Source of the DNA: Polyangiales bacterium
GTDB lineage: Bacteria; Myxococcota_A; Polyangia; Polyangiales; Polyangiaceae
Assembly: GCA_038231275.1 (NCBI GenBank)
Contig: JBBRLQ010000015.1
Coordinates: forward strand, 32,001-96,000
DNA length: 64,000 nt
Direction: 5' to 3'
Shown: positions 1 through 10,791 of the stretch, piece by piece
Layout: every line of letters begins with the position of its first letter
Position numbering within the stretch: the stretch's first letter is position 1
The notes under the pieces: generated by a model
The model's input: the letters and a program-made list of their open reading frames with translations, nothing else
Told to the model about the DNA's origin: nothing
Database searches by the model: none
Made by a program: the position numbers and the translations under genes

Positions 1-58
1 CCGCGACCCGCTCGCGCGCGAGGTAGTCCTCTTCCGAGACCCCCTCGAAGGGCTGCAT
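1..58 (-). CDS. N-terminus of a gene truncated by the window edge, possibly a Uma2-family endonuclease
   Basis: ATG at 58 reads MQPFEGVSEEDYLARERVA..., resembling the 'EEYLxxER' start of Uma2/DUF820 proteins; only 19 codons are visible. Confidence 0.35.
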   Translation of the reverse strand, partial: MQPFEGVSEEDYLARERVA

Positions 59-106
59 CCTCCTAACGTGGCAAGATCCGACGATGACGCGGGGCACGCG
101 GAAGCA

Positions 107-1372
107 TCAGCGGGCGAGACACTTCAGGACGCCTGCGCCAACCACGATCCCGGTGCCATCGGAAGCGACCGGGCCGTTCTCCAGCCAGCACACGCGCACC
201 TCGTCCGCGACCACGGCCTCCGGAAAAGCCAGGCCGGTCAAAAGCGCCACCGGCGGACCGCCGCCGCGTGGGAGCTTCATGAGCCTTCCCGCGGGCGGAG
301 TGGCGTTGAAGTACGTTCCCCCCATCGTGATCCAGACGACGTCGTTCTTGGTGAGGGCCAGCCCTTGCGCGCCGTCGGTGATGTGATCGACGAGCGTGTC
401 GCTCTGCGCTTGCCCGACCTTGCGGTGAACCAAGCTGCCGTACGGCTTCTTCTGGAGCTGCGATGAACCCTTGTTCAACCAGAAGACCTCGTCGCCGTCG
501 GCCACGATCCCGTAGGGCATGCTCTCACCGCCGCTCAACGTCGTGAGGGTCGGCGGGCTCGCCGCCGTCGCGACGCTGTAGATGATGCCGTTGAAGCGAT
601 CGGCGATGTAGAGCGTATCGTTTCCCAATGCCGTGTACGCCGGGAGGTCGAGGTTCATCGCCAACCGCACCGGTGTTCCCAGCGCGCCGCCGTTCAAGGG
701 CGCCGTCCACACGGAGGAGCTCCTCGACGTGGTCACGCTGATCCAGAAAAGACTCGTCGCCGTCGGCAGCGGGGCGACGGTGTTCGCCTGCGGCAAGACG
801 GGCGTGCTGGCGCCGCCGGTCTTCGGCATGCGAACGAGCTGCCCACCTTGCGTGAGGTAGATGTCCGCGTCGGAGAGGCCGATCTCGATATTTGTGAACG
901 CGTAGGCCGCGAGGAGCGTGGTCGCGGTGCCGTCCCACGCGACGCGAACGAGATCCCAAGAGCTGCCGCTGGCGAGCCTGCTCTGAAAGTAAACGGCATC
1001 CTTGTCCATCCGCAGTCGGACGTTCGCCACAGTGAGGTTCGTCTTCATCACGAAGGGCTGGCAGACACCGGCGGCACAGGCCCCACCCAAGCAGTCGTGG
1101 TTGCAGCTGCCGCAGTGGGCCGGATCGCTCGTGAGGTCCGCCTTGCATGCAGCGCCTCCATCGTCGTGGGCGGCTCCGTCGATGGCGGTCGCCGCACCTT
1201 CGGAGCCGCCGCCGTCGACACCACCGGCGCCGTCCGCCTCACCCGCCGCCGCGTCGGCCCTGGCCCCGTCGGCGGGCGCCCCCGCGCCGTCCCCGCTCGC
1301 ACCTCCGCAGGCCGCGCCGCCAAGAATGAGGGCCGTTGCCAGCGCCAAGGTCCCGAGTCGATGGTTCAGCAT
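107..1372 (-). CDS. Lipoprotein with Cys-rich motif and beta-propeller-like repeats
   Basis: Signal peptide/lipobox (LGGAAC), DGG/DAG linker, 'DPAHCGSCNHDCLGGAC' motif, repeated 'AVYF/LFW/VFW' blades typical of myxobacterial secreted proteins. Confidence 0.8.
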   Translation of the reverse strand: MLNHRLGTLALATALILGGAACGGASGDGAGAPADGARADAAAGEADGAGGVDGGGSEGAATAIDGAAHDDGGAACKADLTSDPAHCGSCNHDCLGGACAAGVCQPFVMKTNLTVANVRLRMDKDAVYFQSRLASGSSWDLVRVAWDGTATTLLAAYAFTNIEIGLSDADIYLTQGGQLVRMPKTGGASTPVLPQANTVAPLPTATSLFWISVTTSRSSSVWTAPLNGGALGTPVRLAMNLDLPAYTALGNDTLYIADRFNGIIYSVATAASPPTLTTLSGGESMPYGIVADGDEVFWLNKGSSQLQKKPYGSLVHRKVGQAQSDTLVDHITDGAQGLALTKNDVVWITMGGTYFNATPPAGRLMKLPRGGGPPVALLTGLAFPEAVVADEVRVCWLENGPVASDGTGIVVGAGVLKCLAR

Positions 1373-1388
1373 GGTTCCAACGTTGAAG

Positions 1389-1404
1389 AGCGAAACCCGT
1401 GCCT
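1389..1404 (-). promoter_or_regulatory. sigma54 (-24/-12) promoter of 107..1372
   Basis: Minus strand AGGCACGGGTTTCGCT = GG-N10-GC with GGCACG core. Confidence 0.6.
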
Positions 1405-1435
1405 ACCTTTGCGGCGGAAATCGTGGGCAAAACAC

Positions 1436-1476
1436 GACAGCGTGGCTGTCCGCGGCGTCGGACAGTGGTGTCCGAC
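1436..1476. promoter_or_regulatory. Two palindromes, candidate enhancer-binding-protein sites
   Basis: GACAGC-GTG-GCTGTC (1436-1450) and GTCGGACA-GTGG-TGTCCGAC (1457-1476), upstream of the sigma54 promoter. Confidence 0.45.
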
Positions 1477-1547
1477 TCTTGGGACGGCGACGTCTCGGTC
1501 GTCGAGACGGTCCGGCTGGCACGTGTTTCGCTCTGGCTCTGGCGCAC

Positions 1548-2316
1548 GATGACCATCCGCGCGCGTAGCGAAGAAAAGCACCGATCCACCGACCGCGGTG
1601 TCGCCGGCGGTTCACGCGGCCGCGTCATCGCGATCGCAGCCCTCGCGTGCGGGGCAGTCGTCCCGTGCGTCCTCGGCTGCCAGCGGACGAGCGACTACGA
1701 CCCTCCTCCCGCGTTGCGCCCCGACGCCGGTGACGTTCCGCCCGACATCGCCGACGCGGCGTTCGAGGGGGCCGCGCCCGGGAAGGCGCCGCCGCCCGGC
1801 GCCCCTGGAGCGTTGCCGTGCGAAGACGCCAGCGTCTGCCTCGACGTCGTGGGACCACCGCCGTTTCCTTCGCTCGCCGGTGAGGATGTCCTCCTGCGCA
1901 ACCTCACGCGCGGCGAAGCCGATGGTCAGCGCTATGGCATCGCCCACGACGGAGCGATCGTGCTCGTCGAAGCGGCGCTTTGGGCGACATCCGGCGAGCC
2001 GATCACCGCGGAGATATTTCTCTGGTCAGGGACGTCGCGCACGCCGCTTGGCGCGAGCACCCTCGCGGCAACCGCGTTCCCGACCTACGACGGGACCACA
2101 TCACCGAACGTCACCACGTTGTTCCGGATCGATCCGCCCATCTTCGTGAAGAGCGGAGACACGGTCGACGTGATCTTCCAGCCTTGGGCGTCGGCGGTGG
2201 GCGGCATCCACAAGGCGAACGTCGATCCCTCGAGCAGGATCGCCTACTCGGACCCGGCGATGGTCGTCCCGACGCAAGACTGGGACTTCGTCAGCCGCCT
2301 GCTCATGAGGCCGTAG
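1548..2316 (+). CDS. Hypothetical lipoprotein (start uncertain; ORF open from 1399)
   Basis: Hydrophobic stretch ending VLGC, PDAG/DAA linker, beta-rich C-terminus; strong GC3 codon bias. Confidence 0.6.
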
Positions 2317-2361
2317 AACCGCAAGCCTCGTCCACAAACCGAACACCCAACATTCCCACAA

Positions 2362-2502
2362 GCGGCTTGGCGGGCTCGCCCCTCCTTTGCCCCGTAAGGA
2401 CCCCACGCGCCGGCGCATCCGCTGCACTAGCCACTCACCCGCGTCGCCGGCGCGAGCGCGCCCCCCGCCAGGGGCAAAGGAGGGGCGAGCCCGCCAAGCC
2501 GC
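2362..2502. repeat. 141-bp element with 32-bp perfect terminal inverted repeats (MITE/REPIN-like)
   Basis: GCGGCTTGGCGGGCTCGCCCCTCCTTTGCCCC (2362-2393) is the exact reverse complement of 2471-2502; inner 10-bp IR at 2406-2415/2445-2454. Confidence 0.85.
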
Positions 2503-2541
2503 GGCGTAGATCCGCACCGCGATCCGCGCTAAACCCGCCCC

Positions 2542-4905
<2,364 letters not shown>

Positions 4906-4962
4906 CCCGCGATTTGTGTGATACTTTTTGGTGCCCCGGGCTCGTAGCCGGGACGCGAAGCC

Positions 4963-6087
4963 ATGTCGAAAGCTCCGTCACCGCTCCTCGGGTACAACAA
5001 CAACGTCCGGCACAAAAACCGGATGTTTCACGTCCAGACCGAAGACTCTGGCGTCAAGCACCCGCACATCATCACGCACCTCTTCATGGATGGCGGCCGT
5101 ATCCTCAAGTCGGTCAAGAAGAGCTACGCGGAGCACGTCGGCACCGATGGGATGAGCGACGTCGTCCGCAACATGATGAAGGATCAGCACAAGGAGATGC
5201 TGATCGCGCTGCGCGATGGGCAGTACGACCACCTCGTCGATCCGAAGGCCGCGGCGGCGAAGGCCGCGGCGGCGGCGCAAGCGGCGGCGAGCCAGACCGA
5301 GGCGTCGCCTGCTCCCACGTCGGCGAAGGCGCCGTCGCAGCGCCCGCCGTCGACGAGGCCCGCGTCGCAGCGGCCGCCGTCGGTGAAACCGGGGCCGCTC
5401 CCCAGCGCCGCCAAGCCAGGATCCGCGCGGCCGCCGCCGGTGTCGGCGGGTCCCGTCATCTCGACCGCGAAATCGCAGCCGTTCGAGGACGCGCCGGCCA
5501 CGACACGAACGCCCGCCCAGGCGAACGCCGCCGAGCTCACGCTCGACATCGACGCGCTCGAGCGAGCGGCGAAAGACGCCGAGACCACCGCGCCGATATT
5601 CGAGCCGAAGAACGATCTGCCACCGCCTCCGCAGAACCTTCTGCGCGACAAATCGGTGACCGGTGGCTACCGCACGCTGACGCCGGGGCCGGACATGCAG
5701 AAGCCGCTCAGCCGCCCGCCGCCGCCGTCGCAGCAATCGCAACAGCACCACCAGCAGGGCGGAGCGCGGCGGCCGCCGACGATGCCGCCGCGCAAGCCCG
5801 GATCGGGGCCTCCCGGGAAGCCCGGATCGAGCGGGTCGAGCCCCCCCGGCCGTCAGATGCCGCCGTTCGCAGCGAAGCCGCCGGGCAAGCCGCCGCCGAG
5901 CCGACCCGGCGATGGTCGCTACGCGCCGGCGCGCCCCGCCGCGATCTTCGGCCCGCCCGCGCGCCCGCAGCAGGCGCCGACGTCGTCCCTCTTCGGGGAG
6001 GATCTCATCAGCGACAAGTCGCTCGACGAGGTGATCCTGAGCTACCTGGCCGAGGATCTCGAACCGAACGACAAGAAGAAGCGGTAG
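4963..6087 (+). CDS. Hypothetical protein: folded N-domain, Pro-rich linker, acidic C-terminal helix
   Basis: N-term GYNNNVRHKNRMFHVQTEDSG; long P/A/S low-complexity region; C-term SLFGEDLISDKSLDEVILSYLAEDL. Confidence 0.85.
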   Translation: MSKAPSPLLGYNNNVRHKNRMFHVQTEDSGVKHPHIITHLFMDGGRILKSVKKSYAEHVGTDGMSDVVRNMMKDQHKEMLIALRDGQYDHLVDPKAAAAKAAAAAQAAASQTEASPAPTSAKAPSQRPPSTRPASQRPPSVKPGPLPSAAKPGSARPPPVSAGPVISTAKSQPFEDAPATTRTPAQANAAELTLDIDALERAAKDAETTAPIFEPKNDLPPPPQNLLRDKSVTGGYRTLTPGPDMQKPLSRPPPPSQQSQQHHQQGGARRPPTMPPRKPGSGPPGKPGSSGSSPPGRQMPPFAAKPPGKPPPSRPGDGRYAPARPAAIFGPPARPQQAPTSSLFGEDLISDKSLDEVILSYLAEDLEPNDKKKR

Positions 6088-6105
6088 CGCGCGCGTCTCG
6101 ATTTT

Positions 6106-9100
6106 TTACGGCGGCTTCCACGCGACCGCGGCGTCGCGCTCGGCGCTCATCCACGCGCCCGCTGCGGTGAACTCCTCGGCAGCCTTCTTCGCCGCCGCGA
6201 GCGACGCCTCGCGGTCCTTCTTCACCTTGGCGAGCGCCTTCGCGAGCGCGAAGTGGAGCTCGCCGCGCAGCTCGAACGGGAGCCGTTTGGTGGCGGCGAT
6301 CTCCTCCGCATGTTCGAGAAGCGGAAGCGCGACGGCGTGCTGGCCCAGCGCGACGTTGGCGCGCGCGAGGCCGATGATGTCGCCGGCCATCTCGGCGGTC
6401 GCCTTCCCAGAGCGCTCCTCGTCGATCGCGCGCGCGTGCTCGTACGCAGCGAGCGCCTCGGCGTTCTTGCCGGCGCGGAGGAGGACGTGCCCGATATTTC
6501 GCTCCGCGCGCGCGACCTCGGCGTGGGATGGGCCGAGCGCCTTGACGTAGATCGACCTCGCCTTCTCGTAGGTCGCGCGCGCGACGTCGAGCGCGCCGGT
6601 CTGCTCCTGCACGATCCCGAGATCGAGAATGGCGTCTCCGGTCTCCGCGTGCTCGAGGCCGAGCGCCTTCTCGTCGATCCCGATGGCGCGCTCGAGCAGC
6701 GCGGTGGCGCGCGTCGTCTCACCGCGCTTTCGAACCGACAGCGCGACGTTGATGAGCGCGGCGGCGACGGCCGGGTGGTCAGGCCCCAAGACCTTCTCGT
6801 CGATGGAGAGCGCGCGCTCGTAGCTGACGAGCGCGTCGTCGATGCGCCCCGCGTAAGCCTGCGCGACGCCGAGGCTGTTGATGACCTCGGCGACGTCGGG
6901 GTGCTCGGGGCCGAAGATCTTCTCGGTGACGGCGGCGGCCTCTTTGAGCGTGGCGATGGCGTCATCCACGCGGCGTTGATCGCGGAGCGCGCGGCCGAGG
7001 CGCATGAGCGACTTGGCGACGCGCGGGTGATCGGGGCCGAAGAGCGAACGCGCGAGCGCGAGGGCCTCGCGGTGCTTGGCCTCGGCCTCGACGTATTTGT
7101 GCTGGCCGCCGAACATCTGCCCGAGGCCGTCCAAGAGGAGCAGCTCGGCGAGGCCGCCGCCGCCCGCACGCTCGAGGGCAGCGCGCGCGCGTTGCTCGTT
7201 GCGCTGCGCGTCGGCCGCGTCGACGAGCATGCCGCCGCTCAGGCCGACCAGCGTGGCCCAGAGCTCGGCGGCGAGCTCGTCGGAGCGACCGGCCTCGGCC
7301 GCCGCGACGGCCAGGAGGAGCGTGTCGCGCGATCCTTTCACCTCGCCGATCGCAAACTCGAGGCCCCCGCGTAGCGCGAGCGCCTCCGCCTCGAGGGGAC
7401 GGTAGCGCAGGCGCGTGGCGCGATCGACGAGCGGCTTGACGGACGCGAGCGCCTCCTTCGCCTTGCCGGAGTCGCCGAGCGCCTGCGCGCGCGCCAACTC
7501 GACGCGGAGCGCGTTCACCTCCTGGAGCGTCGCGGGATCGTTCGGCGGCGGGACGCGCGCCGTGAGCGCCGTGGTATCGCTGCACGCCTTTATGGGCGGC
7601 AGCTCCGTGACGGCCCGCGCCGCGTTCTCGGTGGCGCCGCGATCGGCGTGCGCGAGGACGTCGGAGAGCGCGCGCAGGTGCTCGAGCCGGTCGTCGAGGC
7701 AGCGCGTCCGCAGCGTGAAGACCTGATCGGATTGATCGCCGCGCACGCGCGTCGCCACGCACGCGTCGGTGCGCGCCGCCGTCCACTCCGCCGCGTACGC
7801 GTCGAGCGCGCGACGTACGGCACGCGCGGCGTCGTCGGCGAACGGCGCGCCGGTCGAATGCAGCGCCGCGTCGACTTCCGCCTTGCGCGCGTCGTCCCAC
7901 GACCCCACCAGCGCCGCCTCGGCCCCCTGGCACATGCGCCCCTTCTGCTGCCCGCGCGCGCCCGCCGCGACGAGCGCGACGAACCCGATCACGAGCGCCG
8001 CCCCCACCACCATCCTCCGCCTCCGCGCCGCAGGATCGCGGGCGAGCGCCTCCAGGAGATCCTCCATCGTCGCGAACCGCGCGTCGGGCTTCGCCGACAG
8101 GCCACGAAGAAGCGCCTCGCGCAGGAACGGCGGCACGCGCGACGTCTTCGGCGCCTTTCGCACGGTCCCGCCGACCACCGAGGCCGCCAGCCCGCGCGGC
8201 GTCTCGCCATCGAACGGACGCTCGCCGTAGAGCGCCTCGTAGAGCGCGACGCAGAAGCTGAACTGATCGGTGCGCGCGTCGGTCGCCCGTCCGGTGTACT
8301 GCTCGGGCGCCATGTACTCCGGCGTTCCGACGACGAAGCCGGGGCGCGTGACGGCGTCGAGCGTCGCCGGCGTGTGCGGACCGCTCGCGGTTCGTGGCGT
8401 CCGTGGCGACTTGGAGAGCGGCGCGTCTCCTGGCGTGCGCACGACAGGCGGTGACGTATCGGCAACGGTGTGCGCGGGCGCGGTCTTCGCGCGGGCGAAG
8501 CTGTCGGGGTCGACCGCCGCGCCGTCCCCTTCTGCGGGCGCCCGCGCGAGGCCAAAATCGGTGACCCGAACGCGCCCGTCGTCGCCGACGAGCACGTTGT
8601 CGGGCTTGAAATCACGGTGAACGAGCCCCGCGTCGTGCGCGGCGGCGAGCCCGCGTCCGGCCTGCGCGAACACCTTCAGGACCTCCGCCTGCGATCGCTC
8701 TTCGCGAAGCCAATGCGCGAGCGTCGGACCCGCGACGAACTCCATCGCGATGAAGACGCGCTCGCCGAACGTGCCGACGTCGTGCACCGCGATGACGTTG
8801 GGATGCGCGAGACGCGCCATGGCCCGCGCCTCGCGAATCAGGCGCCGTTGCCGTGCCGCCGGCTCTTCTTGTCCTCCAGGATCCTCGAGGAGGAGCTTCA
8901 GTGCGACGCGCCGGTCCAGCTCCGGATCGAACGCCGCGTAGACGGCCCCCATCCCTCCTACGCCGACGCGGTCGAGGACGAGGTAGCGGCCGAGCGCCTC
9001 TCCGCGCGCGAGCGGGGCCGAGTCGTGCCTCCGCGGCGCCGCCTCACCGCCCGAGGGATGCGACTCGCCGGTGTACGCCCGCGCCGCGTGCGTCTCCGCC

Positions 9101-9147
9101 GCGCTCCGAGGGGCCTCGCCGTCGTCGTCGTCCTTGGGGGAGCTCAA
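6106..9147 (-). CDS. Membrane Ser/Thr protein kinase with TPR repeats
   Basis: GVGGMGAV, VALK, HRDFKPDN, DFG, GTPEYMAPE motifs; TM helix; 'GPDHP' TPR repeats. Confidence 0.95.
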   Translation of the reverse strand: MSSPKDDDDGEAPRSAAETHAARAYTGESHPSGGEAAPRRHDSAPLARGEALGRYLVLDRVGVGGMGAVYAAFDPELDRRVALKLLLEDPGGQEEPAARQRRLIREARAMARLAHPNVIAVHDVGTFGERVFIAMEFVAGPTLAHWLREERSQAEVLKVFAQAGRGLAAAHDAGLVHRDFKPDNVLVGDDGRVRVTDFGLARAPAEGDGAAVDPDSFARAKTAPAHTVADTSPPVVRTPGDAPLSKSPRTPRTASGPHTPATLDAVTRPGFVVGTPEYMAPEQYTGRATDARTDQFSFCVALYEALYGERPFDGETPRGLAASVVGGTVRKAPKTSRVPPFLREALLRGLSAKPDARFATMEDLLEALARDPAARRRRMVVGAALVIGFVALVAAGARGQQKGRMCQGAEAALVGSWDDARKAEVDAALHSTGAPFADDAARAVRRALDAYAAEWTAARTDACVATRVRGDQSDQVFTLRTRCLDDRLEHLRALSDVLAHADRGATENAARAVTELPPIKACSDTTALTARVPPPNDPATLQEVNALRVELARAQALGDSGKAKEALASVKPLVDRATRLRYRPLEAEALALRGGLEFAIGEVKGSRDTLLLAVAAAEAGRSDELAAELWATLVGLSGGMLVDAADAQRNEQRARAALERAGGGGLAELLLLDGLGQMFGGQHKYVEAEAKHREALALARSLFGPDHPRVAKSLMRLGRALRDQRRVDDAIATLKEAAAVTEKIFGPEHPDVAEVINSLGVAQAYAGRIDDALVSYERALSIDEKVLGPDHPAVAAALINVALSVRKRGETTRATALLERAIGIDEKALGLEHAETGDAILDLGIVQEQTGALDVARATYEKARSIYVKALGPSHAEVARAERNIGHVLLRAGKNAEALAAYEHARAIDEERSGKATAEMAGDIIGLARANVALGQHAVALPLLEHAEEIAATKRLPFELRGELHFALAKALAKVKKDREASLAAAKKAAEEFTAAGAWMSAERDAAVAWKPP

Positions 9148-9222
9148 CGCATCGAGGATACCTCGACCGTCGCGCGCGCGCCCGGGCGCGCCGTGCGCGA
9201 CGGTCCGTCACGACGTACGGGC

Positions 9223-9285
9223 AAAAAAAACGTGCCCAGACGGCCCTGCGCTCAATGAGGGGGAGCGCAGAGCAGCCTGGGCACG
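9223..9285 (-). terminator. Rho-independent terminator (third hairpin of the sRNA)
   Basis: Long GC stem 9285-9231 followed by 8 U (A8 at 9223-9230 on +). Confidence 0.8.
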
Positions 9286-9393
9286 GGGCCACGCGGTTGG
9301 GGTGGGTGGGGTTTGGGCCGCGTGGCCTTCAACGCGTGACCCAGCGGCGTAGGAGGGGCGCCGCCCAGGTCACGTCTTCTATCTGGGGTCGGG
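9223..9393 (-). ncRNA. Putative sigma54-dependent small RNA with three C-rich-loop hairpins (Pxr-like architecture)
   Basis: Stems 9374-9335, 9327-9287 and 9285-9231 with loops CCCCUCCUA, CCCAAACCCCACCCACCCCAA and CCCCUCAUU; G-U pairs form only on the minus strand; U8 tail; sigma54 promoter immediately upstream. Confidence 0.75.
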
Positions 9394-9403
9394 CTTCACG
9401 ATG

Positions 9404-9420
9404 CGCAAGGTGGACGCCGT
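9404..9420 (-). promoter_or_regulatory. sigma54 promoter of the putative sRNA
   Basis: Minus strand ACGGCGTCCACCTTGCG: GG (9418-9417), 10 nt, GC (9406-9405) with TTGC; predicted +1 near 9393. Confidence 0.65.
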
Positions 9421-9546
9421 ACCTTTCCTTTCGCGAGGGGTCTCACCGTCGTCGCCTCGTTCGGGGATGCAACCGGCGTGGCCCGAAATCGATTCCCGTC
9501 CAGTGAGGGGTCTCATCGCGCAGCTGTGCGGACGCGTCGCGCGCGC

Positions 9547-10725
9547 TCAGATCATCTTGGAGGCCGCGGCCTCACGCGCCTCGAGCACGCACGCACGCTC
9601 GTGGTCGGACACGGGGCACGATGCGTCGACGATCCGCGCCGGCGCCTCGCCCGCGAGGATCATGGTCCGCACCGCCGCGCTGCCCGCGAGGAGATCGAGC
9701 GCCGGGATGTCGTCGACGAACTCGTAGCGCTCAGTCCGGAAGCGGAAGGCGTCGGGCGCCTGCCGATGCGCGAGCGCGAGGAGCGCGACGTACGTGGCGA
9801 CGGGGCGAAACGCGCGCGCGTCGGTGACGTGGAGCTGAACGCCTCCGCAGATCTGCCCCGCGTGCTTGTGGAACATGGGACGAAACGTCAACGGCCGCGC
9901 CACGACGCCCGGCACGTGCGACCGGAGCTCCGCGAGATCCCGCGCGAGGCGCACACCGTCGAGCCACGGCGCGCCGGTGATCTCGAAGGGCCGCGTGGTC
10001 CCTCGTCCGTCGGAGAGGTTCGTCCCTTCGAGGAGGCAGCCGCCGGGGTAGACGAGCGCGGTGTCGATCGTCGGCATGTTCGGCGACGGCATCACCATCG
10101 GGCGATCCCACGCGGTCGCCAGCGCACCTCTCTCGACGCCGCGCGCCGCGAGAACCTGCACGAGCGCGCCGTGCCCCTCGACCTCCGCGCGCCACGCCAC
10201 GATCTCGCCGAGCGTGAGCGCGTGACGAATCGGCACCGCCTCGAGCCCGACGAACGAGAGAAACCCCGGCTCCTGGACCCGCCCCTCGATCTCTTCCCCG
10301 CCGAGCGGGTTCGGCCGATCGAGGACGAGCACCTTCACGCCGAGCTTGGCGCACGCGCGCACCACGAGCACCGCGGTCCACACGAACGTGTAGTACCGAG
10401 CGCCGACGTCCTGAAGATCGATGACCAGGAGATCGATCCCGCGCAGATCGCCGTCCTTCGGGACGAGATCGTCGAAGTGTGCACCATACAAGCTTCGCAC
10501 CGGCGTGCCGCGCGCGTCTCTCGCGTCGTCCACGCCGATCATGTCCTGCGCCTCGCCGCCATAGCCGTGCTCGGGGCCGAAGATGATCACGGGGCGCGCG
10601 CCGAGACCTTCGAGCACGTCGCCGATGTGACGGAGGGAGCGATCGACGGAGGCTGGGTGCGCGAGGAGTGCGAGGCGCTTCCCGCGCACGTGGTCGGCGG
10701 TCAGCCGATCGATCCCGAGCTGCAT
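9547..10725 (-). CDS. namZ: DUF1343/NamZ-family exo-beta-N-acetylmuramidase
   Basis: FGPEHG, DLQDVGARYYTF, LDRPNP, PIRHALTLGE, PSPNMP, EGTNLSDGRGTTRPFE motifs. Confidence 0.88.
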   Translation of the reverse strand: MQLGIDRLTADHVRGKRLALLAHPASVDRSLRHIGDVLEGLGARPVIIFGPEHGYGGEAQDMIGVDDARDARGTPVRSLYGAHFDDLVPKDGDLRGIDLLVIDLQDVGARYYTFVWTAVLVVRACAKLGVKVLVLDRPNPLGGEEIEGRVQEPGFLSFVGLEAVPIRHALTLGEIVAWRAEVEGHGALVQVLAARGVERGALATAWDRPMVMPSPNMPTIDTALVYPGGCLLEGTNLSDGRGTTRPFEITGAPWLDGVRLARDLAELRSHVPGVVARPLTFRPMFHKHAGQICGGVQLHVTDARAFRPVATYVALLALAHRQAPDAFRFRTERYEFVDDIPALDLLAGSAAVRTMILAGEAPARIVDASCPVSDHERACVLEAREAAASKMI

Positions 10726-10791
10726 CGGTCGGTTTTATCCGCGCGGCGACAGGACGCCAACGTTTCGGCGGCTCGGGCGTTCAAGAGGAGC

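Noticed and set aside
9223..9393. tRNA, SRP, 6S, tmRNA or RNase P identity for the structured RNA
   Set aside because: No T-loop/CCA, SRP domain IV motif, central-bubble rod or RNase P consensus recognisable
9044..9506. Short ORFs across the kinase-NamZ intergenic region
   Set aside because: No codon bias or motifs; the region is better explained by RNA structure, promoter and terminator
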